Part shown: in pieces, positions 13,342-26,274 of the stretch
Position numbering within the stretch: position 1 is the first letter of the stretch
Layout of the letters: the number at the start of each line of letters is the position of its first letter
Assembly (NCBI GenBank): GCA_030265395.1
Contig: JARFYF010000017.1
Location: 41,648,209 to 41,712,208 of the forward strand
Reading direction: 5' to 3'
Source of the DNA: Rhina ancylostomus
Taxonomy: Eukaryota
Length of the DNA: 64,000 nt
Notes under the pieces: model-generated
What the model saw: only the letters and a program-made list of their open reading frames with translations
Told to the model about the DNA's origin: nothing
Databases searched by the model: none
Translations under genes and position numbers: made by a program

Positions 13342-13625
13342 AGTGGCAGTGTAACGGTTAGCGTAACGCTTTACAGCACCAGTGACCCGGGTTAAATTCC
13401 AGCCACTGTCTGTAAGGAGTTTGTCTGTTCTCCCCGTGTCTGCATGGGTTTCCTCCGGGTGCTCCAGTTTCCTCCCACCTTCCAAAGAGGTACAGATTAG
13501 AAAGTTGTGGGCATGCTGTGTTGGCACCGGAAGCAAGGGGACTCTTGTGGGCTGCCCCCAGAACACACTACGCAAAAGATGCATTTCACTGTGTGTTTCG
13601 ATGAAAATGTGACTAATAAAGATGT
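13342..13625 (+). mobile_element. tRNA-derived V-domain SINE (full length)
   Basis: tRNA-like head gtggcagtgtaacggttagcg..gacccgggttaaattcc, V-domain gggtttcctccgggtgctccagtttcctcccac, tail gtgactaataaagat. Confidence 0.8.
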
Positions 13626-13922
13626 CTAATGAATGTCGCACCTTGAAGATGCCTTGGGTTATCCGAATGGGGAGCTAGCTCTCCAAATACAGTGCCACTG
13701 AGCTCTGTTGGAGCACTGTCTGGACAATTCCTAACAGTCAGCACAGCAACACATTGACCCTTCTGAAGGCCACAGGGACCATTTGTCCTGTACACCCATG
13801 CAATCCGCTCCCAAGAAAACTTGCTTTCCTTTTAAATTAACCTGTGTTAAATGTTATTCAGGGCCAGGTTATCGGGTTGAAATGGAGTAACCTGCCTTCC
13901 TCTTGCAGAGATGCAGATCGCC

Positions 13923-14625
13923 AGGGTTGGCACTGCTGGTGGAGCTGCTGCCTCTCAGCTGCAGCAACCTGGGTTCAGTCCCGACCTCTGGCCCTCTCTG
14001 TGTGCCACTGGCACGTTCTCCCTTTTGACCGTGAGGGTTTCTCCCAGATGCTCTGGTTTCCTTCTACGTCCCAAAGACTTTCTGTTTGGTAGTTCTCCGA
14101 TACTGAAAGGCCTGGATAGAGTGGACATAGCGAAGATGTTCCCATTAGTAGTCCAGGACCAGAGGGCACAGCCTCAGAATAGAAGGATGTTCCTTTAGAA
14201 CAGAGATGAGGAAGAATTTCTTCAGCCAGAGGGCGGTGAATCTGTGGAATTCATTGCCACAGAGGGCTGTGGAGGCCAAGTCATCAAATGTATTTCGAGC
14301 AGAGATTGATAGGTTCTTGATTGGTAAGGGGCTTAAAGTTAGAAGGAAGAAGGCAGGAAAATGAGGGTGGGGAAGAAAGATCAACCATGATTGAATGATG
14401 GAGCAGACTCAGTGGGCCAAATGGTCTAATTCTGTTCCTATATGTTGAGGTTAATTGGCCACTGTAAATTGCCCCCAGCATGCAGAGGAGTGGTAAAATC
14501 TTTGGGGGGGGGGTGTCATTAATGGGAATGTGGAGAGAATAAAAATCGAGCTTGGTGTAAATGAGTGCTTGGTTATTAGCATTCACTTGGTGAAATGAAG
14601 GACCTCTCTTGTGCTGTTTGAGTCT
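13923..14625 (+). mobile_element. V-SINE interrupted by a CR1 3' fragment (about 14100-14442)
   Basis: SINE head and V-domain at 13923-14090; CR1 3' end (gagatgaggaagaatttcttcagccagagggcggtgaatctgtggaattc); SINE resumes at ggttaattggccactgtaaattgccc. Confidence 0.7.
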
Positions 14626-14916
14626 TTGGCCTTCACCCTCCATCTAATGTGATTGGTACAAAGCTTATAGAGAATTGGGTGGGGAGGGAGGAATCGTCCA
14701 GAACATGGTGGGGTCTGGAACAGGTTGGAATCAGAGCATTTATTGTGGACTATAACTCACCAGCAGTGGATAGAGAACTGGGAAGTGGGATTAGCTAGGA
14801 TAGCTCTTTTCTAGCAAGTATGGTCTACGTGGCCTCCTTGCCCATAAATATTCTGTTCTATTCATTTGTTCAGCCACATGGCTTTTAAGGAATTTTTTAA
14901 AATCTTTCCACACCAG

Positions 14917-15206
14917 GTGACCGTGTTTTGAGCGGACAGGATCACGATAACTTTGCCAAATTTGTGGGCAGGAACTGGAAGCAGGTTGGCCGCATCTTAC
15001 AGAAAAATTGCCGAGGTCTTCGTGATCCGACCATCGACAACATAGCCTTTGAGTACGAGCGGGAAGGATTGTACGAACAGGCGTACCAAATGCTGCTCAA
15101 GTTTATTCAGTGCGAAGGGAAGAAGGCTACAATGAGTCGACTGATCAGAGCTTTGGAGAAAAGTGAACTGGTTGGGGTGGCTGACCAGTTGTTGAACAAT
15201 ACTTAA
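14917..15206 (+). CDS. TRADD: TRADD last coding exon (death domain)
   Basis: Acceptor ctttccacaccAG at 14915-14916. (G)DRVLSGQDHDNFAKFVGRNWKQVGRILQKNCRGLRDPTIDNIAFEYEREGLYEQAYQMLLKFIQCEGKKATMSRLIRALEKSEL..TAA. The EYEREGLYEQA motif is characteristic of the TRADD death domain. The four exons total 939 nt = 312 aa + stop. Confidence 0.96.
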
Positions 15207-16238
15207 TTGGAAGTGCGCACAAGAATGGGCATTGCAATACTCTATGGTGAGGCACAAAACTGAAAGCCAATTGTGGGTCTGTAAAGGTATTATTTCTTGC
15301 ATCAAAGTTAATCATTCAGTCTTAATCTCATCTATAACTGAGGTGTTGTATTGGAGGCAGTATGCTTCCTTTAGTGTTCAAAGCCATTTGTTTTTAGAAC
15401 AATCACTGAATCTAGCTCTCATTTTTACAAATGTGAGGTATTTTAATTACTAGACAGTATTTTCTGCATGGATTTTACAAGCCAAGGTATGCACGTGTTG
15501 CCAGATTTAGGGGAGGGGTGAATATACTTGCCAGTAGGTAGATCTCTTAAGTCTCTCTTTTTATAACAGTTACAGAGAAAGACTGCAATCTTGCAGTATA
15601 TATTTTTGTGCTTTTTGTTTCCTTGTGACCAGAATTTTGATCTGCATTTGTTTTAGAGCTGTCACTATCCACGTAGTTTCAAGTTGCTCACTGTGAAGGG
15701 AAAATCTCTTCTATCGGGCAGCCGTGAGCCACCAGCAGGGGCAGCCCTCAATCCGATTCCTGGTGGACCCTTGCCTGTAGCACAAAGTTGTCCTACATAC
15801 GGCACTAATTAGCCTAATTAGACTGATGTCACTCGGACAGCACAGAATGTTGGTAAATGGATCAGATTATGTAGTCGCACAGCTGGGATTGGGGAAGAGA
15901 CGTGGTGGGGGAGAGCACAGGCAGGCTTTCCCTGCATCCATCTGTGCTGGTGCTTTCCCGGGAATGATGGATACCGATGCTGTTGGCCTGGAATGAGACT
16001 AGTTCCATTCCCCAGTTCTGGGAATCCCTGGCATCGTGCATAAATTATTTCTCTACATAACGCAGAGACGTGATGGCTGAATGGTCTGTTTACCCTTTTT
16101 TCTCTGCAAGTTAGAATCTGTGCTGAAAAAATCGAAATCTGGATGAGCACAGTTCTCCAGCTTTCTCGGCCCTATGCAGGCTTGAAGTTGCCCAGGGCCA
16201 CGGGTGAGATGGGAGAGCTTGCAATTAATAGTGACTCA

Positions 16239-16244
16239 AATAAA
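16239..16244 (+). terminator. Candidate TRADD polyadenylation signal AATAAA
   Basis: First AATAAA I spotted after the stop, following about 1 kb of repeat-poor UTR-like sequence. No transcript evidence. Confidence 0.3.
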
Positions 16245-17269
16245 GATCCAAACTCTTCCTGAGATTTGCACTCCTTATGCCATTGTGACCCAGCTGCAGC
16301 CTTGAAGTTTAGGACTTGCTTGTTTTAAAAACAGTACAAGTTATGGGCTCAATAATTGCTCAAAAATAAGGACCTAATGAATCTCAAAGAACTTTTAGCC
16401 TCTTCTCTCGGCCTTCAGTGAAGCAGGGTAACGGGCACCGTGTAATTGGTGGTAGTGATTCCAGCAGTTGCAGCTGGCTTGTGTTGTTGTGCGACAGCCC
16501 CAGGGGTTACAGCTCTTTTAATGAGTGATAAGGTTTGCCAGGAAGAGTGAATGCAGCTGTACAGAGGAAAGTGAATCCTACAGAGTGTTGTCATGAAGAG
16601 TTTCTATTCGTGCACTAATCCCGAGGCCAGAGGGCGCCAAGGCAATCTGCTGTTGTATTTGCGTGATAACCAAAACTCTGGAGGTACACATTTAATTTCC
16701 TTTCGCCCTTTAGTCTGGAGGAGGGCAATTTCTCTGCNNNNNNNNNNNNNNNNNNNNNNNNNNNNNNNNNNNNNNNNNNNNNNNNNNNNNNNNNNNNNNN
16801 NNNNNNNNNNNNNNNNNNNNNNNNNNNNNNNNNNNNNNNNNNNNNNNNNNNNNNNNNNNNNNNNNNNNNNNNNNNNNNNNNNNNNNNNNNNNNNNNNNNN
16901 NNNNNNNNNNNNNNNNNNNNNNNNNNNNNNNNNNNNNNNNNNNNNNNNNNNNNNNNNNNNNNNNNNNNNNNNNNNNNNNNNNNNNNNNNNNNNNNNNNNN
17001 NNNNNNNNNNNNNNNNNNNNNNNNNNNNNNNGTATCTTGCCATGCCCAACTTGGCTGCTGCTGTCTTCTACAAAAGAGGCACTGGCTCCCAGTGAAACAG
17101 GTTTGAAATATAAAAGCTTCCAAATGCGTGCAGGAGCCAGCACCTCAAAGCAAAGGGAGGGGGGGACAGAAAGTTATTGAGCTGTGGCAGGAGCAAGCTG
17201 AAGAGTAATATCGCAGCTAGACAAGTGAGTGCAGTGGACTGTAATGTAGACGGGAGAGAAAGTGTCAGC

Positions 17270-18965
17270 GACTGTCACTTATCCACAAAAACTTGGAGTA
17301 CATCTCCTGCTAATCTGCCAGTAAAACTGCAGGTGTACTTAGAAATGACTTGTACCAGTTTGTCTTCAGGAACTTCATCAGCTGGTGGTTTTCTTTTGCC
17401 CACTTCCTCCCACACTGAATACTAGGAGTGTCTGGCTCTGTGTCAGTTCCTGTATTTGTCCTGTTATCTTCGAAAGGGATCGCAATGTCTACCACCTCCA
17501 CCTTGTTCTCCTTGGCAAATGTTAGCTGAGCTACCACAAAGCTCTCCAGTTGGGTTTTGACATCCACCGTCCAACTGTAATTTGGAAACTTTCTCTTAAA
17601 NNNNNNNNNNNNNNNNNNNNNNNNNNNNNNNNNNNNNNNNNNNNNNNNNNNNNNNNNNNNNNNNNNNNNNNNNNNNNNNNNNNNNNNNNNNNNNNNNNNT
17701 TGATTTGTTGTGTTCTGCTGTGACTTGTGGTGCGCCTGGTCGGATACAGGTCACACCTGAGCAGGAGGAAATTAATGAATTTGTGTGTCTTCCACTGGTT
17801 GTTGCAGGTGACCCATGAGTTGGATAGTTTGTCCCCTCAGAAGTCATGGATCAGTGATCCTGGACAAGATAAGTCCACCCATTTCCTGAACTCCTCCTCC
17901 TCACTGTTGAGCATCCCAATTTACCAGGTTTCTTCCACCACCTCAGCGAGGGTGGTGGCAGCCTCTTGTGTACCAGGTGCCTCTCCCTTCTTCTGAAACG
18001 CCTCGATTCCTTCGACCTCCAGTTCCCTTGGTCTCTGCACCTGACCTTCGCTCTCTTTGCCTGCCATTTCAAATGCACCTGGCCCATGGATTGTTCCAGG
18101 CAATTCTTTTCCTGATTTACAGTGGAATGGTTTTGAACTTCCAGCTAGGAAGACCAGCCCTCATCCCGGTTCCTGATGTGCAGGATCTCATTAGTCGTTT
18201 TGTGCTGTAGATGAAGAATTTCCTTTGTTTTCTTGATAATTCTCAGTTCTCTTAGCTTTGTGAGGTTTCTGTGAGGATTAGGCAATAATAAGGTTCCAGG
18301 CATCACGTGGGCCTCGAGCAGCTCAATCTTTCAGAGAGGTTTCAGTTTACCTCTTGTACCGGTTTTCCATTGTGACCCCACACCACCCTGACCCCTAGGT
18401 ACTTTGCAATTTTGCCCAACTTAATGCAATTGATTTTCTGCTTTGTTTCAATTTTCTCAATTGTTGAAGATGAATGTCTTTCTTTTACTAACCAAGTGGA
18501 ACCCTTGGTCTTTGCATTCACTGAGGCCAGTGCAAAAGAGCTTTAGGATTTTGATATTCTTGGCTATCCCAGAGTAAGACTGGCTTGGGATGGCTATGTT
18601 GTCCATCAAAGCCAGGGCTGCGTAACTTGTGTTTGCCAAGCTCCCTCTCAAACTCTCTGAGTACAAGTGTCATTGTCTGAGAATGGGCAATGTTGATCCT
18701 CTTGGTGTCTTTTCCTGATCTTGATAGGGTCTGTCCTTCCCACCTCGACCTCTGTACTTATGCCCATGTATAGGTCTTCTACCAGCTCAATAACTCTCCT
18801 AGGGAGCCACACCCTTTTTGTGAGTGCCAAAATCATTTGTGTCCCACCAAACGAAATCCTCAGCCAGGTCCGCAAACACTATTGCTTGCTTTTTGTGGGT
18901 TCTCTTAGACCCCGTCATGATATTTTGCAGCATTGCAATATTTTCTTTGCAACTTGTTGATCACA
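17270..18965 (-). mobile_element. Degraded R2-like non-LTR retrotransposon (RT, linker and restriction-like endonuclease)
   Basis: Minus-strand peptides in R2 order: CKENIAMLQNIM; IVFADLAEDF; IELVEDLYMGISTEVEVGRTDPIKIRK; AALALMDNIAIPSQSYSGIAKNIKILKLFC; EEEFRKWVDLSCPG..GDKLSNSW..FINFLLLRCDLYPTR; FAKENKVEVVDIAIPFED; GRKWAKENHQLMKFL. Contains stops and frameshifts. Confidence 0.75.
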
Positions 18966-18981
18966 GATTCAGTGGAGTCTT

Positions 18982-19142
18982 CACAAAGTGCTGGAGGAAC
19001 TCAGCAGGTCAGGCAGCATCTATGGGAGAGGATGTGTTGACTGAGTCCATATTGGAGGGTCTCGACCTAAAACATCAACTGTCCATTCCTCACCATAGAC
19101 ACTGCCTTACCTGCTGAGTTCCTCCAGTGCTTTGTGTGTTGC
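18982..19142. mobile_element. Penelope-derived palindromic element
   Basis: cacaaagtgctggaggaactcagcaggtcaggcagcatctatgg ... ccatagacactgccttacctgctgagttcctccagtgctttgtg: inverted arms. Confidence 0.7.
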
Positions 19143-19684
19143 TGCACAGTTAAAACATGGTCTCGTAAACTTGACTTGAAATCTCACTTATCCATTATGA
19201 TGATCCTGCAAACTGCCCTGTTTCCACCTATGTGTTTTATGTATCTTTTAAGCTCCATTTGTTTATAATTGTGTACCTATAAGTATTTGGATACTTGCAG
19301 GCTCCAGGTTAGTCATAGTCATGTCAGTGCCTCCAATCCACTTCTCTGATGGCAAAATGACAACTGAAAAGTAGGGAACTGCACAAAATACTTCTGCCTG
19401 GAGAAATTGTTCCACAGGTTTCAGGAACTGCCACAAACATGCTTACCCATTTGTATCCTGTACTTAAATGTGGGAAAAGTGTGTTGGATACTTTCCTTTA
19501 TCTGTGACTCGATTTCACACAAGGAAATAAATTTTTATCTACTAAATTACATTCTGGTACAAGTTGTCTTGCTGGTATTATTCTGTGGAACATGTGACTG
19601 CTGGTTTATGCCTGGACTGTGTTCAATCGCAGTTTCCTCGCATCTAATGAGAAAATACAATTGCAGTGTATCGCAGTACTAGGC

Positions 19685-19950
19685 TGCTATCCAGAGATCT
19701 AGATTGTTAAACTGAAGTTCAAATCCCACTAGGGCACTGGGGAGTTTAAATTCAAATGGTAAGTCTGGAATAATAAGCTAGTACTTATGACTGAGATTAC
19801 TGGATCATCGCAATTTATGAGGCTCACTAATGCCCTTCGTGGATGGAAATCTCTCATCCTTACCCAGTCTGGTATATATGTGGCCCCAGACCCTCAATGA
19901 GCCACCTTAGTTCAGAGACAATTATGGATGCATAATAAATGTTGGTCTTG
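19685..19950 (+). mobile_element. Old tRNA-derived SINE (second copy on - strand at about 32810-33040)
   Basis: B-box-like gttcaaatcccac; body ctcactaatgcccttcgtggatggaaatctctcatccttacccagtctgg; a reverse-complement homolog lies at 32810-33040. Confidence 0.55.
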
Positions 19951-21649
19951 GCAGCTTTGTCCGTACAAAGTGCTCATTCATCCTTGATTTGTCATAACAA
20001 TATTATTTAGCTGTGTTTTGGTAAAGCACACAAAAATCAGTGAAACTTTTGAGTTACTTAGCACTATATGTTTATCCTCTCTTGTTGTATATAAGGCTTT
20101 AGGAAGTTGGTCGACTAATCTGATCCTTTAACATTCTTTTGTGCCTCTGTTCCAGTTTCATGGAGCTTAAATGATGGAACCAGACTGTTCATTCCAAACC
20201 AGCCATTCAAATGTTTGGCATGCTTCTAGGGAATAAAGTGAAAATGGCAAAAAAAAAATTGGTGAATATTTGGTAAATGGTGACCACAATATAATTAAAC
20301 AGAGTTCTTGCACACATGTGAAAAATCAAGAACAGAGATACTTAATGATAAAAGCAAATTTTAGTGAGATTAAAATAACCAGTTTAGATTGCATGGAAGA
20401 AAAAATTTGGCAAATAAAACAACAATACAAAATATTTAGTGGGGATTGAAAGGATCCGGAAGGAAAGTAGTCCGGTTATGGTTTGAAATCCATGAATAAA
20501 TAGAGGTTGCATCTCATTTGAAATGTTAAATATTTATCGATAAGAAAAATAACAATTTTGGTTTATCTCACTTAANNNNNNNNNNNNNNNNNNNNNNNNN
20601 NNNNNNNNNNNNNNNNNNNNNNNNNNNNNNNNNNNNNNNNNNNNNNNNNNNNNNNNNNNNNNNNNNNNNNNNNNNACTTAAGAAAACAAGGAATGGGTGG
20701 GTGAGAGAGAGAGTCCAGCAGAAACCAAACAGCAGCAATGAACTTGGTACAAACACATGAACATGCTGGCAGTATGAAAAGCAAAAGATAGGAAGTAAAC
20801 TTGAAGTGGGCAATGTGGAAATGGGAGAGGTAGTAAATTGTTTTGTTTCAACTTCTCAGAGTTGTTCTGTATTGCACCAATAGTTTATCCCGTCTTCCTT
20901 CAGGTTAGCTCCACTGTTTGCCCTGGACAAGCCAGTCAATGTGCTGTTATTCTGTGGACTGCAACTCTTGCCTCTTGCTTTCCATTTTATTTCCCCTTTC
21001 AATCAGAGATGGGATCAGAATCAAATCCCTTAGGATTTGTCGGTCCTGATATCTGGAAAGAACAAAGGTAAATAAGCAATTCTTTGATTAACTGTTCATA
21101 CAGTACAGTGGTCTCCTGTACTCTGGAGAAACCTTTTGTAAATTGGGTAGCCACTTTAGTCTACAAGGGTGACCTGAACTTCCACTTGCTTGCCACCTTG
21201 CTTCTCTCTCCCACTCCCATTCTTTTTGCTTTCTTGGAACACCAATAGAAGCTAAATGTAAGCTTGAAGGTCAGCATCTTGTTTTCCGCTTGGACACATT
21301 ACTGCCTTCAGAGCATAACATTGCATTCAACGATTCCAGATAACCAGCTTTTCCAGTGTGTAACAGGTCTGGTCAGTTCTGATGAAAGGTATTAGTTTAT
21401 TATTGTCACTTGTACCGAGCTACAGTGGAAAGACTTGTCTTGTATACTGATCGTACAGGTCAATTCATTACACAGTGCAGTTACATTGCATTAGTACAGA
21501 GTGCATTGAGGTAGTACAGGTAAAAACAATAACAGTGCAGAGTAAAGTGATCAAACTGTAATGTTAATTTTTTTTTACCCCCTGATGCTGCCTGACCTGA
21601 GTATTAAGTATTTGAGGAAAGGAGTGGATGGAGTGATTGGTAACTGGCT

Positions 21650-22225
21650 TACTATTGTCACATGTATCGAGATACAGTGAAAAGCTTTTGTTTACATGTC
21701 ATCCAGACAAATCATTCCATACACGAGTACATTGAGGTACTACAAAAGGGGAGAAATAAAAGCAGAATATTGTGTTACAGTTACAGAGGGTGCAGGGCAC
21801 ATAGACGAATAAAGCCAGGGCAAGGTAGCTTGAGAGATCAAGAGTTCATCTTGATTGAATAAGAGGTCTGTTCAAGAGTCTGACAGCAGAGGAAAAGCTA
21901 TGCTTGAACCTGGTCATACCTGTTCTCAAGCTTGTATATCTTCTGACCGATTTTGGGTGGGGGGGGTGGTGGAAGAAGAGAAAATGACCGGGGTGGGAAG
22001 AGTCCTTGATTATGCTGCTTACCTGAGGCAGTGGGAAGTGTAGACAGTCAATGGAGAGGAGGCTGGTTTTCACAATAGACTGGGCTGTGTTCACAACTAT
22101 GCAATTTCTTTCACTCTTGGGCAGAGCAGTTACCACACTAAGCTGTGATGCAGCTGGATAGGATGCTCTCTATGTAAAACATAAAAATTGGTGAAGGTCA
22201 CTGGGGACATGCCGAATTTCCTTAG
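21650..22225 (-). mobile_element. Rex1/Babar LINE 3' fragment
   Basis: Minus ORF VVNTAQSIVKTSLLSID..SSIIKDSSHPGHFLF..RRYTSLRTGMTRFKHSFSSAVRLLN, followed by the tail motif. Confidence 0.75.
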
Positions 22226-22369
22226 TCTTAGAACATAGAACTGGACAGGCCATTCGGCCCATGATGTTGTGGCAGTCTTGATGCCAATTTATACTAAATG
22301 CCCTCCTGTGTATCATCCATATCCCTCCATTCCCTTGTACAACAGCATTACATTGTCTCAAACTAGGAT

Positions 22370-22730
22370 TTAGAGTCATGCAGCACAGAAACAGGCCCTT
22401 CAGCCCAGTGAGTCTGTGCCGACCGTCAACCACCCACTTGCATTAAAACTATGTGACTCCTACTTTTATTCTCCCCACATTCTTATTAACTCCCCTCAGA
22501 TTTGACCACTCGCCTATACGCTGGGGACAATTTGCAGTGGCCAATTAACCTGCCAACCTGCATGTATTTAGAATGTGGGAGGAAACTGAAGGAGCCAGAA
22601 GAAACCCACAAGCAAACATTTGTAGGAAATGTGCAAACTCCGTACGGACACCACCCGAGGTCAGAATTGAACCTGGATCTCGGGTGCTATGAGGCAGCAG
22701 CTCTATCAGCTGCACCACTGTGCTGCCTTT
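22370..22730 (-). mobile_element. V-domain (HE1-type) SINE with CR1-like tail
   Basis: Reverse complement gives tRNA head gcacagtggtgcagctgatagagctgctgcctca..ccaggttcaattctgacc, V-domain, and tail gggctgaagggcctgtttctgtgctg. Confidence 0.75.
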
Positions 22731-25700
22731 CTCTCCTCCCCCCAAGTCTTAAAAGAATTCACAGTTAAAATCTGTCCCTCAGAAACAATTGGAATCTAAA
22801 ACTCAGCTGCCTGCTTCTGGAATGTCCAGCTCTGCTTTTTCCCTTGAACTATCTTGTTGCATTCCTTGTTTTCCTGGATCTCCCATTATCATCCGTTCCA
22901 TCTTCCTGCGGCTCCTTTGCATTATCTGACCTTGGCCAACTTGTTATGTTCCTCACAGCAGCTTCCACCATTCAGAGTCAGTGATCCTACTTCAAAATAC
23001 ACTTGTGGCACAGTAGGACTGAGGATGACAGGAAAATAAACCTCCAGTGAGCCGGGGGTTAAGGTGCATGCTCCTCATTCAGTGGTTTATTATTCCCTGC
23101 TGTACACAAGCAAGTAAAGCAGCATGAACTCACAGGAACACAGTGTTACGATGAAAGGCAAAGGGTAGATGTAGAGAGGCCACAGGAAATGGTGGATAGT
23201 GGGTTGGAAGGGCCGACCTGAGCTTTGGAGCAGCCTTCCTCTTTCCACCTCATTTACTTTTCCTGCTTCTGTACGCTCTGTTACATTTGATGTAGGAAGG
23301 AGAATTAAAGTGGCAGGCAACTGGAATCGCAGGATCACCCTTGTGGATTAAACGGAGATGTTCCNNNNNNNNNNNNNNNNNNNNNNNNNNNNNNNNNNNN
23401 NNNNNNNNNNNNNNNNNNNNNNNNNNNNNNNNNNNNNNNNNNNNNNNNNNNNNNNNNNNNNNNNNNNNNNNNNNNNNNNNNNNNNNNNNNNNNNNNNNNN
23501 NNNNNNNNNNNNNNNNNNNNNNNNNNNNNNNNNNNNNNNNNNNNNNNNNNNNNNNNNNNNNNNNNNNNNNNNNNNNNNNNNNNNNNNNNNNNNNNNNNNN
23601 NNNNNNNNNNNNNNNNNNNNNNNNNNNNNNNNNNNNNNNNNNNNNNNNNNNNNNNNNNNNNNNNNNNNNNNNNNNNNNNNNNNNNNNNNNNNNNNNNNNN
23701 NNNNNNNNNNNNNNNNNNNNNNNNNNNNNNNNNNNNNNNNNNNNNNNNNNNNNNNNNNNNNNNNNNNNNNNNNNNNNNNNNNNNNNNNNNNNNNNNNNNN
23801 NNNNNNNNNNNNNNNNNNNNNNNNNNNNNNNNNNNNNNNNNNNNNNNNNNNNNNNNNNNNNNNNNNNNNNNNNNNNNNNNNNNNNNNNNNNNNNNNNNNN
23901 NNNNNNNNNNNNNNNNNNNNNNNNNNNNNNNNNNNNNNNNNNNNNNNNNNNNNNNNNNNNNNNNNNNNNNNNNNNNNNNNNNNNNNNNNNNNNNNNNNNN
24001 NNNNNNNNNNNNNNNNNNNNNNNNNNNNNNNNNNNNNNNNNNNNNNNNNNNNNNNNNNNNNNNNNNNNNNNNNNNNNNNNNNNNNNNNNNNNNNNNNNNN
24101 NNNNNNNNNNNNNNNNNNNNNNNNNNNNNNNNNNNNNNNNNNNNNNNNNNNNNNNNNNNNNNNNNNNNNNNNNAAGTGGAGGTTGATAGGTTCTTGATTA
24201 GTAAGGGCATCAAAGGTTATGGGGAGAAGGCAGGAGAATGGGGTTGAGAGGGAAAAGTAAATCAGCAATGATCAAATGGCAGAGCAGACTGGATGGGCTG
24301 AATGGTCTAATTCTGCTCCTCTGTCTTACACATTGTCGGCACTGAATATACTTTAGAATTTCATCCAGATTCTTCAATTTAAAAATAAATAAACATTTGC
24401 AGCCAGATGTGGATGGTTGAAGCAGAATCCACAAAGTGCAAAAGGTGGATCAATGTTTCAAGTTCTCTATTCATTATGGGGTGCGAGTTCCTTTCACCAC
24501 ATCCCTAAAACTGCCCATCCCTAATTATCAAAATTCAAAAAAAACTGCAGATGCTGGAAGCACTCAGCAGGTCAAGCAGCATCTCAACTTCATCCCAATT
24601 CTGATGAAGTCAGGTCGAGGATCCTTGGTCACAACTGAGAAGGAGAGGAGTGTGTTAGGCCCTACTCCTAGTTGTCATTAATAAGCTGAGCCACCACCTT
24701 TATCCGCTGCAGTCCTCATGGTGAGGGAGTTCTTGAATTTAGACCCAACCACGCTGACTAAAACTAAAGGAGGAAATGACCAAGCAATGTTCAAAATGCT
24801 TCTGGTGACCACTTAATGCAAAGAAAGTGAGGTAAGTCAGGGTCATGTGAACTGACCAGTGTTGAGGAACAGCTGAAGGGAAGTAGCAACAAGGAAAGAA
24901 CCACAAAGGAAGCCAAAATAAAATCTGCATGTGTAGGGCAAGGCTTGTGCATATGACTAACAAAGTCCTCAGCAGGAAAAAGTAACTGTAATTCAAAGGA
25001 AACCTGTTGCAATGAGGAAATACTGCAAATCTGACTTTGCCACATCAGGTTATAGAGTAATGACGATTGTTTGAGATCAGAGTGGTGAGTTTTTTTGAAT
25101 CGTGCTGGGACAGATGACTTGTGTAGCTATGAGTGTGTGGGTGATTGGTTCTGGCAAGTGGGCTGAGAGCAAAGTCAAAATGTTTTAGAAGTTCGTCCAA
25201 AAAATAAAGCAGTGTGTTGATCAGGCTGAAAAGCAACAAGTCATGTCTGTGCTGCAGGAAATCCAGTGCTTGGTCCATGAAGTGGCTTGTTTCTTTCCCC
25301 CCCCCACACTGAGCCTGTGGGTGTGAAGCGTTAAATCTAAGTTGGCACTGAAAAGTATGACTGTTGTCATGAATGATGTTGTGATCCTTAAATGATGAAT
25401 TACAACTGCCCTAATGTTAGATTAATACAAGTCTGGGTGCATAGACGAACAGTAAATACAAGAACTCCAGATTAAGACTGCCCCTGCCAACCTTTGTAAA
25501 TATTTGCCAACGTTCCTGAAACATTTGAACTCCTGCAGTATAATTTCCACTACAGCTAATGACTGTGCAGTTCCTCCCCCAGTGTCTGTGCTTGAGGCTT
25601 GCTAGGTGTGAGTGGCTGAAAGCACGATATAGCTGAGCCAGCTTCTGCCCTCCTCCAGTATGCCCCTACTTATTCATGTGTTCTTCACAGGAGTTGCTGG

Positions 25701-26274
25701 ATTTTGTTTTTGTCCCATTAAAATTCACTGGCTGTCACTTGTAGTAAGAATATCACCCCCCCCCCCCCCAGTCCTCGTTGTGATCCTCTAACTGAGAATG
25801 CAATGTTAAACTGAAACCTTAATCTGCACAGTAATTTTCAACAAACACTGAGCAATCAAGGATATTTGGAAAGCAGCTGCTTATCTGAAAATATTTTGCA
25901 TTGCAGGGCACCTAACATTCAGTGTACTTAAAAGCAAAAATATACTGTTTCAGAGTGTCTGAATCTCCAGAATTAAAAATAAAGGTCATTGCCCAAAGGT
26001 ATGATCATGAGTTCAAAAAGAGTACACTGAGAGTTAATGGGTGATCCAGACCTTCTCACTTGATGTCAATCGAAAGCCTCTGATGTAGGTATTTCTGGAA
26101 GGGGCTGCCATCTGTGAGCTTCCCATTGTGTGGCCCCGCAACAAAGTATTTGAAGGTCCTTTGTAACACCCTCATAGCATGACACACTGAGATTTCCTTC
26201 TGGCTACTGAAAACATGTTTATTACAAACATGTATAAGCACAGTCACACAAGAAAACAGAAGCATGAAGTGAAA

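Noticed and set aside
13342-13410. tRNA-like sequence (also at about 30070, 22700 and 32750)
   Set aside because: These are heads of tRNA-derived SINEs that continue into V-domain bodies. They do not form complete cloverleaf tRNA genes.
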